Positions 30,136 to 40,839 of a stretch of 64,000 nucleotides of DNA are shown piece after piece. This DNA is from an uncultured Chloroflexia bacterium. Lineage in GTDB: Bacteria > Chloroflexota > Anaerolineae > CG2-30-64-16. Position numbers and translations under genes: made by a program. The notes under the pieces were generated by a model, which saw nothing but the letters and a program-made list of their open reading frames with translations, had not been told where the DNA came from and ran no database searches. Location of the stretch: assembly GCA_963837925.1 (NCBI GenBank), contig CAWIPK010000006.1, positions 107,962 to 171,961 on the forward strand. Direction: 5' to 3'. The number at the start of each line of letters is the position of its first letter. The stretch's first letter is position 1.

Positions 30136-31401
30136 ATGGACAACGAGCAGTCGAATATGTGGACGAGCGCCCTGCACGAACTGCGCGCAGCGGCTGCCAG
30201 GCTTGGCCTGTCCGAAGGCATGCTCGCGATCCTGGAAACCCCCGAACGCGAGCTGACGGTGGCAGTGCCCATTCGCATGGACGACGAGACGATCAAGGTG
30301 TTCAGGGGCTATCGCATCCAGCACTCGAGCGCGCGTGGCCCCTGCAAGGGGGGCATACGCTACCATCCGGATGTCAACGTGGAGGAGATGCGAGCCCTGG
30401 CGATGCTGATGACCTGGAAGTGCGCCGTGGTGGATATCCCCTACGGGGGCGCCAAGGGGGGCATTCAGGTTAACCCCAGCGACCTATCGCGCAACGAGCT
30501 GATGCGGCTGACCCGCCGCTTCGCGACCATGATCCGCCCCATCATCGGTCCCCAGCGTGACATCCCGGCGCCTGACGTGAATACCAATGCGCAGATCATG
30601 TCCTGGATCGCCGACACGATCAGCATGTTCGACGGCACCACCAACCTGAGCGTGGTTACAGGTAAGCCGATCAATTTTGGCGGGTCATTGGGACGACAAT
30701 CGGCGACAGGCTGCGGCGTGGCTTTCGTGACGCGCGAGTTCCTGAAGAAGATCGGCCTGCCTATCCAGCAGACGCGCGTGGCGATACAAGGTTTTGGCAA
30801 CGTCGGTTCGAACACGGCTGAAGCGCTGCATGACATGGGCGCACGCATTATCGCGGTCAGCGACGTGAGCGGCGGCCTCTACAATCCCGACGGTCTGGAT
30901 ATTTCGGCCATCCTGGTGCACACCCGGGACCATCCTTACCATCTGCTCGAGGGTTATCAGGCGCCCGGCGTGAAGCCGATCAGCAACGAAGAGCTCCTCG
31001 AACTGGATGCGGACGTGCTGATACCCGCGGCGCTGGAGAACCAGATCACGGTGGACAATGCGCATTCAATCAGAGCGCGCGCGATCGTCGAGGCCGCCAA
31101 CGGGCCGACGACCGAGGAGGCGGACGAGATTCTCAGCGCTCGCGGCATCCAGATCGTGCCGGACATCCTGGCCAACGCGGGCGGGGTGGTGGTCAGCTAC
31201 TTCGAGTGGGTCCAGAACCGGGAGGCGTTCTACTGGGACGAGGACCAGGTTACCAGCCAACTCGAGAGGATCATGATCAGAAGCTTCGAGCAGGTTTGGC
31301 AGTACAGCCGCGAGCGAGGGGAGACGCTCCGCTCGGGAGCGATCATGCTGGCGGTACAGCGCGTCGTCAGCGTCCTGGAGCAGCGCGAGATCTTCCCCTA
31401 G
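30136..31401 (+). CDS. gdhA: Glutamate dehydrogenase, copy 2 (divergent paralogue, ~50% identical to copy 1)
   Basis: KGGIRYHP, GGAKGG, GFGNVGS. The track ORF start 30067 is an extension. ATG at 30136 (MDNEQSN...). Confidence 0.85.
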   Translation: MDNEQSNMWTSALHELRAAAARLGLSEGMLAILETPERELTVAVPIRMDDETIKVFRGYRIQHSSARGPCKGGIRYHPDVNVEEMRALAMLMTWKCAVVDIPYGGAKGGIQVNPSDLSRNELMRLTRRFATMIRPIIGPQRDIPAPDVNTNAQIMSWIADTISMFDGTTNLSVVTGKPINFGGSLGRQSATGCGVAFVTREFLKKIGLPIQQTRVAIQGFGNVGSNTAEALHDMGARIIAVSDVSGGLYNPDGLDISAILVHTRDHPYHLLEGYQAPGVKPISNEELLELDADVLIPAALENQITVDNAHSIRARAIVEAANGPTTEEADEILSARGIQIVPDILANAGGVVVSYFEWVQNREAFYWDEDQVTSQLERIMIRSFEQVWQYSRERGETLRSGAIMLAVQRVVSVLEQREIFP

Positions 31402-31431
31402 AAAGCCGGCAGTGGGTGGGGAAACGGGATC

Positions 31432-31470
31432 GGGATCGGGCGGAAACCCTGTCCGACCGAGCCCGATCCC
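31432..31470. terminator. GC-rich hairpin between convergent gdh2 and ilvD (gggatcgggc-N19-gcccgatccc). No clear U-tract.
   Basis: 10-bp perfect stem seen in sequence. Confidence 0.35.
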
Positions 31471-31487
31471 CCTTCTACCGCCGGGGT

Positions 31488-33185
31488 TTACTGCAGCACG
31501 GCGCCCTGGCTGGCGCTCGTGGCCAGGCGAGCATAGCGACGCAGCCACCCGGTCAGTGGGAGCCCAACGTGCGGCTGCCAGGCAGCGCGGCGGCGCGCCA
31601 GCTCCTCGGCAGACAGATCCACTCGCATGCTGCCCTCCGGGATGTCGATGTCGATTATGTCGCCCGTCTGCAGCAGTCCGATAGGACCGCCTTCGGCCGC
31701 CTCCGGGCTGACGTGGCCGATGCAGGCGCCGCGGGTGCCACCCGAGAAACGGCCATCGGTGATCAGGGCGACGGAGGACTCAAGCCCCATACCGGTGATA
31801 TTCGAAGTCGGCGCCAGCATCTCTTGCATGCCCGGCCCGCCTTTCGGCCCCTCATTGCGAATGACAACCACGTCGCCCGGCTTCACCTCGCCGTTGAGGA
31901 TCCCGGCGTTGGCCTCGTCGTGGCTCTCATAGACGCGGGCGGGACCGCGATGGCGCAGCATGCCTGGCAGGACGCCGGCCGTCTTCACGACTGCTCCATC
32001 GGGCGCAAGGTTGCCGAACAGGATCGTCAGGCCGCCGGTCCGGCTGTAGGGATTCTCCAAGGTCCGGATGCAGCCCGTATCCTGGCTGTCGCAGCCGTCG
32101 ATGTTCTCGCCAAGGCTCTTGCCGGTGACGGTCTTCTGCTCCAGGTGCAGCACACCGGGCTTCTTGCTCAACTCCCACAGGATTGCGCTGACGCCGCCGG
32201 CCCGACCCACGTCCTCCATGTGATAGGCCGAAGACGGGCTGACCTTGCACAGGTTGGGGACGCGCGCGCTGACTTCGTTCAGGCGGGCGAGGGGGTATTC
32301 GATGCCGGCCTCGTGGGCCAGGGCGATGGTGTGCAGGACGGTGTTGGTGCTGCCGCCCATCGCCATGTCGAGGGCAAAGGCGTTATCGATGGCTTCAGGA
32401 GTGATGATATCAAGCGGTTTCAGGTCCAGGTCGATCAGGGTCAGCACCTGCCGGGCCGCCGCCTCTGCCAGTTCCTCGCGCGCCGGATCGGTGGCCAGGA
32501 TGCTGCCATTGCCCGGCAGGGCCACACCCAGCGCCTCACACAGGCAGTTCATGCTGTTGGCGGTGAACAGGCCCGAACACGAACCGCAGGAAGGGCAGGC
32601 GAAGTCCTCGAGCTCCTTGAGCTGCACATCCGACAGGTTGCCCGCCTGATACGCCCCGACGCCCTGGAAAACGCTGATCAGGTCAACCGTCTGCCCGCTC
32701 GGCGTGTGACCGGCAGCCATCGGCCCGCCGCTAATGAAAATGGTCGGGATATTGCAGCGCACGGCACCCATCAGCATGCCCGGCACGATCTTGTCGCAAT
32801 TGGGGATGCAGATCAAGCCGTCAAACTGGTGGGCCTTGACCATGGTCTCCACGCTGTCGGCGATCAACTCGCGACTCGGCAGGCTGAATTTCATGCCGAT
32901 GTGGCCCATGGCAATTCCGTCGTCGACCCCAATGGTGTTGAACATGAACGGGATGCCTCCCGCCGCGCGCACCGCCCGGCGGACGACCTCGCCGAACGCA
33001 TTAAGGTGCACGTGTCCGGGGATGATGTCGACGTAGCTGTTCGCGATCGCGATGAACGGCTTGCCGAAATCCTCGTCGCTCTGGATGACGCCGGTCGCTT
33101 TCAACAAGGCCCGGTGCGGCGCCCTTTCGAAGCCCTTTTTGATCAGATCCGAGCGCATGTGGCGCCCATTTGTGTTCTTAGCCAT
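31488..33185 (-). CDS. ilvD: Dihydroxy-acid dehydratase
   Basis: ILVD_EDD motifs ([25 protein letters not shown]). True start MAKNTNGR at 33185 with GGAGG ribosome-binding site. The track ORF is extended to 33329. Confidence 0.85.
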   Translation of the reverse strand: MAKNTNGRHMRSDLIKKGFERAPHRALLKATGVIQSDEDFGKPFIAIANSYVDIIPGHVHLNAFGEVVRRAVRAAGGIPFMFNTIGVDDGIAMGHIGMKFSLPSRELIADSVETMVKAHQFDGLICIPNCDKIVPGMLMGAVRCNIPTIFISGGPMAAGHTPSGQTVDLISVFQGVGAYQAGNLSDVQLKELEDFACPSCGSCSGLFTANSMNCLCEALGVALPGNGSILATDPAREELAEAAARQVLTLIDLDLKPLDIITPEAIDNAFALDMAMGGSTNTVLHTIALAHEAGIEYPLARLNEVSARVPNLCKVSPSSAYHMEDVGRAGGVSAILWELSKKPGVLHLEQKTVTGKSLGENIDGCDSQDTGCIRTLENPYSRTGGLTILFGNLAPDGAVVKTAGVLPGMLRHRGPARVYESHDEANAGILNGEVKPGDVVVIRNEGPKGGPGMQEMLAPTSNITGMGLESSVALITDGRFSGGTRGACIGHVSPEAAEGGPIGLLQTGDIIDIDIPEGSMRVDLSAEELARRRAAWQPHVGLPLTGWLRRYARLATSASQGAVLQ

Positions 33186-33234
33186 AAAACCTCCGCGATC
33201 AAAGTCGCTACTTTGGATGTGAGAACGTGAAGGA

Positions 33235-34305
33235 TCAGAGCGCGCCGACCACGAGATCGCCCATTTCGATCGTGCCAACCTGCGGCTGTCCGGGCAGGGC
33301 CAGATCGGCCGTGCGATGGCCGGCCGCAAGTACGTTGTCCACCGCGGCCTCGACGGCGGCAGCCTCTTGCGCCAGCCCCAGCCCCGAGCGCAGCAACATA
33401 GCGGCGCTGAGAATGGTCGCCAACGGATTGGCGATACCGCGGCCGGCGATGTCGGGTGCGGAACCGTGGATGGGCTCGAAGAGCCCGGGACGGCCGCTGC
33501 CCAGCGAGGCCGATGGCAACATCCCCAACGAGCCGGTCAGCATGGACGCTTCGTCAGAGAGGATGTCGCCGAACATGTTTTCGGTGGCGATGACGTCAAA
33601 GTCGGCCGGACGACGGATCAGGTACATGGCGCACGCGTCGACCAGCAAGTCCTCGCAGGCCACGTCGGGGTAATCGCGTGCCACCTCGTGGGCTACTTCG
33701 CGCCAGAGGCGCGAGGAGGCCATCACGTTCGCTTTGTCGACAGAAGTGACCTTCTTGCGGCGCAAGCGCGCCAGGTCAAAAGCCACCCGCATCAAGCGCT
33801 CGATCTCTCCCTCGCTATAGCGCAGCGTGTCGACCGCCGAGCGGCCCTGCGGCGTGACCTCACGGCCCTGCGGTTGGCCAAAGTACAAGCCTCCTGTCAG
33901 CTCTCGCACGATTACCAGGTCCACTCCGGCCACGCTTTCCGGCCGCAAGGGGCTGGCCAAAGCCAGTGCGGGGCGAACCGTCACCGGGCGCAGGTTTGCG
34001 AACAGACCCAGCTCCTTGCGTACGCCCAGCAAGCCCTGTTCCGGGCGCACTTCGGCGCGCGGGTCGCTCCACTTGGGCCCGCCGACGGCGCCGAGCAGCA
34101 CTGCGTCCGCGGAGCGGCAGGCCTCAAGGGTCTCGGGAGGCAAAGGATCCCCGGTCTCATCGATCGCGATCCCGCCCATCAGGGCTTCGCCAAAGCTAAA
34201 CTTATGACCGAACCGGCCGGCGACCGCTTCCAACACCTTGCGGCCCTCGGCTACGACCTCCGGCCCGATGCCATCGCCGGGAAGTAGAGTGATCCTCGCG
34301 TCCAT
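33235..34305 (-). CDS. leuB: 3-isopropylmalate dehydrogenase
   Basis: [39 protein letters not shown]. 356 aa. Confidence 0.85.
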   Translation of the reverse strand: MDARITLLPGDGIGPEVVAEGRKVLEAVAGRFGHKFSFGEALMGGIAIDETGDPLPPETLEACRSADAVLLGAVGGPKWSDPRAEVRPEQGLLGVRKELGLFANLRPVTVRPALALASPLRPESVAGVDLVIVRELTGGLYFGQPQGREVTPQGRSAVDTLRYSEGEIERLMRVAFDLARLRRKKVTSVDKANVMASSRLWREVAHEVARDYPDVACEDLLVDACAMYLIRRPADFDVIATENMFGDILSDEASMLTGSLGMLPSASLGSGRPGLFEPIHGSAPDIAGRGIANPLATILSAAMLLRSGLGLAQEAAAVEAAVDNVLAAGHRTADLALPGQPQVGTIEMGDLVVGAL

Positions 34306-34331
34306 TTACGATCCTTTGCTCAGATTGACGT

Positions 34332-34387
34332 GTTCGGAAACCAATTTGTTCGAAAATCGCGCGTTGGAAAACTAAGCGTTCGCAAAC
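34332..34387. repeat. Four direct repeats of GTTCGnAAAC (plus-strand reading) at 15-16-bp spacing in the 107-nt cimA-leuB intergenic spacer
   Basis: gttcggaaac / gttcgaaaat / gttggaaaac / gttcgcaaac at 34332, 34348, 34363, 34378. AT-rich relative to the genome. Confidence 0.6.
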
Positions 34388-34412
34388 GTCCTTTGGTAGC
34401 TCCGGCCAGCGG

Positions 34413-35963
34413 CTAGGCGTTCAGGATCGCGTACTCCATGCTATCAGCCAGCGCGCGCCAGCTGGCCTCGATGATATTGGTGCTGGCGCCGACGGTGCTC
34501 CAGCGCAGGCCCTCGCTCTTGGTGTCGATCAGCACGCGGGTGGTCGCGGCCGTGGCCGTGTCGCTGTCGAGGATGCGCACCTTGTAATCGACCAGCTTCA
34601 CTTTCGACAGTTTGGGATAAACGTCGAGCAGTGCCCGGCGCAGGGCCATGTCCAGGGCGTTGACGGGCCCATTGCCTTCGCCAACCGTGTGCATGATCTT
34701 CGGCCCGACGCGCAGCTTGATCGTGGCCTCGGCCAGCACCCCACGACCGCGCCGCCGTTCTACCAGGACCATGAAATCGATCAACTCAAAGGGCGGCACG
34801 TAACCGGCCTGCGCGTGGCGCAGCATCAGGTTCACCGAGGCTTCGGCGCCTTCAAATGTGAAGCCCTGCGCCTCCAGCTTCTTGATCTGCTCGAGCACCT
34901 CGCGCGTCTGATTGCTGCCTGCTTCCAGGCCCAACTGAGCAGCTTTGTCGATAATATTGCCGCGCCCCGACAGCTCGGAGACAATCGTGCGCCGCACGTT
35001 GCCAACCAGTGCCGGGTCGATGTGCTGGTAGCTCGAGTCATTCTTGAGCACGGCCGCGGCGTGCAGTCCCCCCTTGTGGGCAAACGCGCTGGCGCCGACG
35101 TACGGCAGGTGATCGTCGTGGGCCAGGTTCGCCACTTCGGCCACGAAACGCGAAAGCTCGGTCAGGCGGCTCAGCTTCTCGGGTGCAATGCACGGCAGAC
35201 CCATTTTGAGCTGCAGGCCGGGGATGACCGAACAGAGGTTAGCGTTGGCGACGCGCTCGCCATAACCGTTGATCGTACCCTGCACTTGAACGGCCCCGGC
35301 GCGCACGGCAGCCAGCGTGTTGGCTACCCCACAGCCACCATCGTCGTGGGTATGTATGCCAATGGGCAGCGCCAACTCAGCCGCCACGCGGCTCACGACC
35401 TCCTCGACCTCCCAGGGCAGGGCGCCACCGTTGGTATCGCAGAGCACCAGCACCGATGCGCCATTCGTGGCGGCCGCACGGAGGGTCGCCAGGGCGTAGT
35501 CGGGATCGGCCTTGTAGCCGTCAAAGAAGTGCTCGGCGTCGTAGACCACTTCCTTGCCACCGGCTTGCATGTAGGCCACGCTCTCGCCGATCATGGCCAG
35601 GTTCTCAGCCAGCGTCGTCTCCAGTACCTGGAGCACGTGCAGGTCCCAGGTCTTGCCCACCAGGGCCACCGCCGGCGTCTCGGCATCGAGCAAGGCCCTG
35701 AGGTTGGCGTCGTCCTCGGGACAACTGTCTTTGCGCCGGGTGCTGCCGAAGGCGACCAACTTCGAGTGCGTGAGGCCCAGCGTGCGCACACGCTGGAAGA
35801 ACTCTACGTCTTTGGGATTGGAGCCCGGCCAGCCGCCCTCGATATAGTGGATGCCGAACTCATCCAGTTTGCGGGCAATCTTCAGCTTGTCATCGGCTGA
35901 CAACGAGACGCCCTCACGCTGAGTCCCGTCGCGCAGGGTAGTATCATATAGTTGTATTGTCAA
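34413..35963 (-). CDS. cimA: (R)-citramalate synthase (LeuA/HCS superfamily with C-terminal regulatory domain). TTG start.
   Basis: MTIQLYDTTLRDGTQREGVS... is typical of CimA (not LeuA, which is also present). 516 aa. GGAAGGTGG ribosome-binding site before the TTG. Confidence 0.7.
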   Translation of the reverse strand: MTIQLYDTTLRDGTQREGVSLSADDKLKIARKLDEFGIHYIEGGWPGSNPKDVEFFQRVRTLGLTHSKLVAFGSTRRKDSCPEDDANLRALLDAETPAVALVGKTWDLHVLQVLETTLAENLAMIGESVAYMQAGGKEVVYDAEHFFDGYKADPDYALATLRAAATNGASVLVLCDTNGGALPWEVEEVVSRVAAELALPIGIHTHDDGGCGVANTLAAVRAGAVQVQGTINGYGERVANANLCSVIPGLQLKMGLPCIAPEKLSRLTELSRFVAEVANLAHDDHLPYVGASAFAHKGGLHAAAVLKNDSSYQHIDPALVGNVRRTIVSELSGRGNIIDKAAQLGLEAGSNQTREVLEQIKKLEAQGFTFEGAEASVNLMLRHAQAGYVPPFELIDFMVLVERRRGRGVLAEATIKLRVGPKIMHTVGEGNGPVNALDMALRRALLDVYPKLSKVKLVDYKVRILDSDTATAATTRVLIDTKSEGLRWSTVGASTNIIEASWRALADSMEYAILNA

Positions 35964-36043
35964 TCAGTCCCACCTTCCCGATAGAGGCCTCCCTGAAAGA
36001 GGATGCCGCTTGCCGTCTGGCGCACGCCGCCTGACGTCCCACC

Positions 36044-36235
36044 TCAGCCACTCCAGGCCCCATGGTAATATGACCACTCGAAGTCGTCACCTTCGGGGTG
36101 CATGGCGGCCCGTTCCGCCTGGTTTGTCTTGTCATCGGGGTCGCCCACCACCGCTGAATGCAATCCCGCCTCCCGCGCATCCCAGGTTCCCGGCTGATTC
36201 TGGCCGGCCGGTATCAGCTGACTTTCCTGTGTCAT
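36044..36235 (-). CDS. Small hypothetical protein (63 aa) embedded in the leucine operon
   Basis: GGAGGGTGG ribosome-binding site 5 nt upstream of the ATG (36235). Sequence MTQESQLIPAGQNQPGTWDAREAGLH...EGDDFEWSYYHGAWSG. No recognisable family. Confidence 0.4.
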   Translation of the reverse strand: MTQESQLIPAGQNQPGTWDAREAGLHSAVVGDPDDKTNQAERAAMHPEGDDFEWSYYHGAWSG

Positions 36236-36248
36236 GGCTTCCACCCTC

Positions 36249-36503
36249 CTAGCGATTATAATACGCCATAAGAGCATCGTTGACGAACTGCCCCCCGCAC
36301 GCCGGCGTCATGGCCGGCGCGTTCAGGCAGTCCGCCGGTGCTTGCGAGCCTTCCACTCGGCCGACAGCCTCCCGCGCGACGGCGGTCGTGCCGATGGAGT
36401 TCAACACGTTGTAGCGTTCCATGAGTCCTATAAGGTGTCCGGCGGCTGCGTCCGCATACACCGCCGCAACAAGTTCCTCCTGGCGTTCTCGATCGCGCAT
36501 CAT
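36249..36503 (-). CDS. Small hypothetical protein (~84 aa) embedded in the leucine operon
   Basis: GGAGG 9 nt upstream of the ATG at 36503. Sequence MMRDRERQEELVAAVYADAAAGHLIGLMERYNVLNS...ACGGQFVNDALMAYYNR. A/T-ending codons are enriched relative to neighbours. Its stop is 13 nt before the next small ORF. Confidence 0.35.
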   Translation of the reverse strand: MMRDRERQEELVAAVYADAAAGHLIGLMERYNVLNSIGTTAVAREAVGRVEGSQAPADCLNAPAMTPACGGQFVNDALMAYYNR

Positions 36504-36549
36504 TTCCCTCATCCTCCGTATTTTACGCCGGCAGCCACAAAACCATAAG

Positions 36550-36599
36550 CTTGTCAGTCCCCATCAAACCTCGTCAGCCCCCGTCAGCCCTTCTCAGCC
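36550..36599 (-). repeat. Five 10-bp-phased direct repeats GGCTGAcGrG (minus strand) between leuD and the first small ORF
   Basis: ggctgagaag gggctgacgg gggctgacga ggtttgatgg ggactgacaa. TGAC recurs every 10 bp, on the same helix face. Confidence 0.55.
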
Positions 36600-36624
36600 G
36601 CTATGATACCTCGTGCAACCCTCG

Positions 36625-37227
36625 TCAGGCGTGCACCCGCGCTGGGTGCGCTTGCTCGTAGCCCTGGATGTGCGGCTCCTGGGAGACCAGGTAACCCAGC
36701 TCATCTACCCCCTGCAGCAAGCAGGCCTTGCTGAAACTGTCGATTGGGAAGTGTACCGCGCGGCCATCGGGCAGGGTAAGGCTCTGAGTGGCCAGGTCGA
36801 TCGTCAGCGTCAGATCCGTGTCCTCAGCCGCCAGACTGAATAATTGCTCATGCGTTGCGCGATCCACTATCACGGGCAGCAACCCGTTCTTCAGCGCGTT
36901 GTTGCGAAAGATGTCGGCGAACGACGTGCTCACGACAGCGCGGAAACCAAAATCGGCCAACGCCCAGGGTGCATGTTCGCGGCTGGAGCCGCAGCCGAAG
37001 TTATCGCCGGCGAGCAGTATCCGCGCCCCGGATGCGCCGGGCTCGTTCAGAGGGAACTCGGGCCGGGGCCGGCCAGCGGCGTCATAGCGCCAGTCGTTGA
37101 ACAGGTGCTCGCCCAGGCCGGCTTTGCTGGTCGTCTTCAGATAGCGGGCCGGGATGATCTGATCGGTGTCGATGTTCTCCGATGGGACGGCGACCACGCG
37201 GCCGGTGAGAGTTTTGATGGGTTGCAC
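36625..37227 (-). CDS. leuD: 3-isopropylmalate dehydratase small subunit
   Basis: LeuD/aconitase swivel domain ([13 protein letters not shown]). 200 aa. Confidence 0.85.
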   Translation of the reverse strand: MQPIKTLTGRVVAVPSENIDTDQIIPARYLKTTSKAGLGEHLFNDWRYDAAGRPRPEFPLNEPGASGARILLAGDNFGCGSSREHAPWALADFGFRAVVSTSFADIFRNNALKNGLLPVIVDRATHEQLFSLAAEDTDLTLTIDLATQSLTLPDGRAVHFPIDSFSKACLLQGVDELGYLVSQEPHIQGYEQAHPARVHA

Positions 37228-37238
37228 GGCGTCCTCCT

Positions 37239-38651
37239 TCAGTCGGCCAAGGTGCGCGCGTCGGTGACGACGCCCCGCAGGGCGGTCGCAGCGGCGGTGA
37301 GTGGGCTGGCCAGGAACGTGCGGCCACCCGGCCCCTGGCGGCCCTCGAAATTACGATTGCTGGTGCTGACCGCATACTGGCCCGGTTCGAGCTGGTCCCC
37401 ATTCATGGCGATGCACATGCTGCAGCCGGGCTCACGCCACTCAGCGCCAGCCTCGCGGAAGATGTTGTCCAAGCCTTCGGCCTCGGCCTGGCGCTTGATA
37501 GCCTGGGAACCGGGGACCACCAGGACTCGGGTGGAGGCGTTCACCTTGCGGCCCCGCAATATCGCCGCCGCCTGGCGGAGGTCGCCGATGCGTGAGTTCG
37601 TGCAGCTGCCGATGAACACCACGTCCACGTGGTGTCCCAGCAGTGGCTTACCCGGCTCCAGCGCCATGTAGGCGAGGGCCTTGCGCGCCGCCTGGCGCTG
37701 GCTTACGTCGGCCAACTCGTCAGGATCGGGCACGGGCGCGCTGATCGGAATACCCATGCCCGGGTTGGTGCCATAAGTGATCATCGGCTCCAGGATGCTC
37801 GCGTCCAGCGTGACGCTGCGATCGTAGAACGCGCCCTCGTCGCTGGGCAGGTCGCGCCAGGCGGCCAGCGCCTTGTCCCAATCCTCACCTTGCGGGGCGA
37901 AGGGCCGTCCTGCCAGGTATTGCAGAGTCGTTTCGTCGGGCGCGACCATGCCGGTGCGCGCGCCGGCCTCGATGCTCATGTTGCAGACCGTCATACGCTC
38001 GTCCATCGACAGCGCACGAATCGCCGGCCCCAGATATTCGATCGCGTGCCCGGTTCCGCCGCCGACGCCGATCTTGGCTATGAGGGCCAGGATGATGTCC
38101 TTGGCACCGACGCCGGAGCAGAGCGCGCCGTCGACGTGCACTGCCAAGGTTTTCGGCTTGCGCTGCAGAAGGCACTGGGTGGCCAGCACGTGCTCGACCT
38201 CGCTCGTGCCGATACCGAAGGCGAGCGCGCCAAAAGCGCCGTGGGTTGCAGTGTGGCTGTCACCGCAGACGATGGTCATGCCGGGCTGGGTGAACCCGAG
38301 CTCCGGGCCGATCACGTGGACGATCCCGCGGGCAGGACTGTCCATACCGTACAGCCGAATGCCGAACTGCCGGCAGTTCTCCTCCATCTGCGCGATCTGC
38401 CGCGCGGCCAGTTGGTCGACGGCGGCGGAACCCGGCGGGGTGGTGGGCGTGCTGTGGTCCATCGTCGCCACCGTCTGGCCCGGGCGGCGCACCTTCAGCC
38501 CCCGCTCGCGCAGGCCCTGAAACGCCTGCGGCGAAGTGACCTCGTGCACGAGGTGCAGGTCGATGTAGAGGACAGCGGGGCTGCCCGGCTCCTCGTGGAC
38601 GACGTGGGCCGCCCAAATCTTCTCAAACAGCGTTCGCGGTTTGACGCTCAT
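37239..38651 (-). CDS. leuC: 3-isopropylmalate dehydratase large subunit
   Basis: Aconitase family Fe-S ligands (GSCTNSR, CGDSHT, PGCSMC). 470 aa. Confidence 0.85.
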   Translation of the reverse strand: MSVKPRTLFEKIWAAHVVHEEPGSPAVLYIDLHLVHEVTSPQAFQGLRERGLKVRRPGQTVATMDHSTPTTPPGSAAVDQLAARQIAQMEENCRQFGIRLYGMDSPARGIVHVIGPELGFTQPGMTIVCGDSHTATHGAFGALAFGIGTSEVEHVLATQCLLQRKPKTLAVHVDGALCSGVGAKDIILALIAKIGVGGGTGHAIEYLGPAIRALSMDERMTVCNMSIEAGARTGMVAPDETTLQYLAGRPFAPQGEDWDKALAAWRDLPSDEGAFYDRSVTLDASILEPMITYGTNPGMGIPISAPVPDPDELADVSQRQAARKALAYMALEPGKPLLGHHVDVVFIGSCTNSRIGDLRQAAAILRGRKVNASTRVLVVPGSQAIKRQAEAEGLDNIFREAGAEWREPGCSMCIAMNGDQLEPGQYAVSTSNRNFEGRQGPGGRTFLASPLTAAATALRGVVTDARTLAD

Positions 38652-40266
38652 CAGTCCCCTTTTCCTCGCGTGCCGTCAGCATCTTGTTCAAAGCGCTCAT
38701 GTAAGCGCGCGCTGCGGCGACGATGATATCGTTGTCGGCTCCGTGGCCACTGAAAGTGCGAGCGAACGATTGGCCGGTCTGCGGGTTGAAGACGCTGTCG
38801 GTATCGCCATTGTGCGGCTGAATGCGAATCGTCACCTCGCCAACGGCATCGATCCCCTCGGTGACGGCCTTGATACTGAACTCGGTCAAGGTATTGACCA
38901 CGCCTACCACACGGTTGATCGCCTTGTAGACGGCATCGACCGGGCCCGAGCCCAGGGCCGCATCCTCATAAACCTTGCCATCTGGTCCGGCCAGGTTCAC
39001 GGTGGCCGTCGGAATGCTGTGGTCACCGCAGGAAACCTGGATGTGGTTCAGGCGCCATACCTCACGCGGCTGGTAGATCTCGTCGGCGATGATGGCCTCG
39101 ATGTCCGCATCGGTAACTATCTTCTTCATGTCGCACAGGCGTTTGAAGCGTTCGAAGGCCAGGTTGACGTCGGTGTCGGACAAGTCGGCGTAGCCCAGGT
39201 CGTCCAGATGGGAGCGAAAGGCGTGGCGTCCGGAGTGCTTGCCGAGCACCAGTCGGGAGGCCAGCAGGCCGACCGTCTCCGGCCGCATGATCTCGTAAGT
39301 CAGGCTGCTCTTGAGCATGCCATCCTGGTGGATGCCGGCTTCGTGGGCGAACGCGTTCGAGCCGACGATCGCCTTGTTAGGCTGCACGACCATGCCAGTG
39401 TAGGCGCTGACCATGCGACTGGTGCGCGTGATTTGCGCCGTATCGATGCCCGTGTGCAAGCCGAAGACCTGTGGCCGGGTGGCGATGGCCATCACCACTT
39501 CTTCCAGCGAGGTGTTCCCCGCCCGCTCGCCGATGCCGTTGACGGTTACCTCGACCTGGCGGGCGCCGGCGCGCACGCCGGCCAGGGTGTTGGCCGTGGC
39601 CAACCCGAGGTCGTCGTGGCAGTGCACCGACCAGACCACCCGCTCGGCGCCCGGCGTGTGCTTGATGAGGTATTCGATCAGGGAGCCGTACTCCTCGGGC
39701 GTAGTATAACCGACAGTGTCCGGAATGTTGAGCGTGGTCGCGCCGGCCTTGATGACCTCGCCCAGCACCACGGTCAGGAACTGCGGATCGGAGCGAGCCG
39801 CGTCCTCGGGCGAGAACTCGACGTCATCGCACAGGCCGCTGGCATAGGCCACCGCGTCGATCGCCCGCTGGATGCACTCCTCGCGGTCGATCTTGAGCTT
39901 GAACTGCAGGTGAATGTCGCTGGTGGCCAGGAAAGTGTGGATTCGGTGCCGGGGCGCCGACTTGACGGCCTCGTAAGCGCGCGAGATATCCGGCTTGCTC
40001 GCGCGCGCCAGGCCGGCGATCACCATCGGCTGGCCGGACTTGCGTCCCTCAGTCAGCGGGCCGACTTCCTCGGCGATGCGCCGGACTGCCTCGAAATCAC
40101 CCGGCGAGGCGATCGGGAAACCCGCTTCGCAAATGTCGACACCCAGGCGCGACAGTTGATGGGCGATCTCCAGTTTCTCGTCGATATTCAGCGTCGCGCC
40201 CGGCGACTGCTCACCATCCCGCAAAGTGGTGTCAAAGATCAGCAGGGTATCGTCAGGATCGCTCAT
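38623..40266 (-). CDS. leuA: 2-isopropylmalate synthase (with C-terminal LeuA dimerisation/regulatory domain)
   Basis: [20 protein letters not shown], and 547-aa length that includes the LeuA_dimer domain. Confidence 0.85.
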   Translation of the reverse strand: MSDPDDTLLIFDTTLRDGEQSPGATLNIDEKLEIAHQLSRLGVDICEAGFPIASPGDFEAVRRIAEEVGPLTEGRKSGQPMVIAGLARASKPDISRAYEAVKSAPRHRIHTFLATSDIHLQFKLKIDREECIQRAIDAVAYASGLCDDVEFSPEDAARSDPQFLTVVLGEVIKAGATTLNIPDTVGYTTPEEYGSLIEYLIKHTPGAERVVWSVHCHDDLGLATANTLAGVRAGARQVEVTVNGIGERAGNTSLEEVVMAIATRPQVFGLHTGIDTAQITRTSRMVSAYTGMVVQPNKAIVGSNAFAHEAGIHQDGMLKSSLTYEIMRPETVGLLASRLVLGKHSGRHAFRSHLDDLGYADLSDTDVNLAFERFKRLCDMKKIVTDADIEAIIADEIYQPREVWRLNHIQVSCGDHSIPTATVNLAGPDGKVYEDAALGSGPVDAVYKAINRVVGVVNTLTEFSIKAVTEGIDAVGEVTIRIQPHNGDTDSVFNPQTGQSFARTFSGHGADNDIIVAAARAYMSALNKMLTAREEKGTDERQTANAV

Positions 40267-40317
40267 AGAAGCTTCTCCCCCGTCCTAATCACTCTTGGCA
40301 TGCTGGCTGCTGCTCGG

Positions 40318-40839
40318 TCACGCGATTCCATTGTGCGCCGGCTCAGGATGATAGCCATTGCCGCGCACCATGGCCACTCGACCGGTGCGCACCATTTCCA
40401 GGATGCCGAAATTCTCCAACAGCTTGATCAGCGAGTCGACCCGATCTTCCGGCCCGGTGATCTGGATCGTCAGGCAGTCGAGTGAGACGTCGACGATGCT
40501 TGCGCGGTATATCTCGGCCAGTTGCAGGATTTCTGCCCGGTTCGCACTGCTGGCCCGGACCTTGATCAACACCAGCTCGCGCTCGACGGTTGGCTGGTGC
40601 GTCACATCCTGGATCGCGGTGACGTTGATCAACTTGAAAAGCTGCGTCTGGACCTGGCTCAGCTCTCGCTCGTCGCCGTCGACGACAAAGGTCATCCGGC
40701 TGATGCCGGGCTTCTCGGTGTGGCCGACGGTCAGGCTCTCGATGTTGAAATTGCGCCGCCGGAACAGGCTCGACACCCGGTTCAACACGCCGGGCTTGTC
40801 TTCCATCCAGGCAATCATGGTGTGTTCCATAGTTGTCAT
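40318..40839 (-). CDS. ilvN: Acetolactate synthase small (regulatory) subunit
   Basis: ACT domain [27 protein letters not shown] start/stop overlap with ilvB at 40836-40839. The track ORF is extended to 41118. Confidence 0.8.
   Translation of the reverse strand: MTTMEHTMIAWMEDKPGVLNRVSSLFRRRNFNIESLTVGHTEKPGISRMTFVVDGDERELSQVQTQLFKLINVTAIQDVTHQPTVERELVLIKVRASSANRAEILQLAEIYRASIVDVSLDCLTIQITGPEDRVDSLIKLLENFGILEMVRTGRVAMVRGNGYHPEPAHNGIA

Noticed and set aside
31206-33230. 674-aa plus-strand ORF
   Set aside because: Exactly antisense to ilvD, which has clear dehydratase motifs. A GC-bias artefact.
36513-36530. TAAAAT -10-like element just upstream of the first small ORF
   Set aside because: No acceptable -35 at 16-19 bp. 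A transcription start here would also cut the ORF's own ribosome-binding site.
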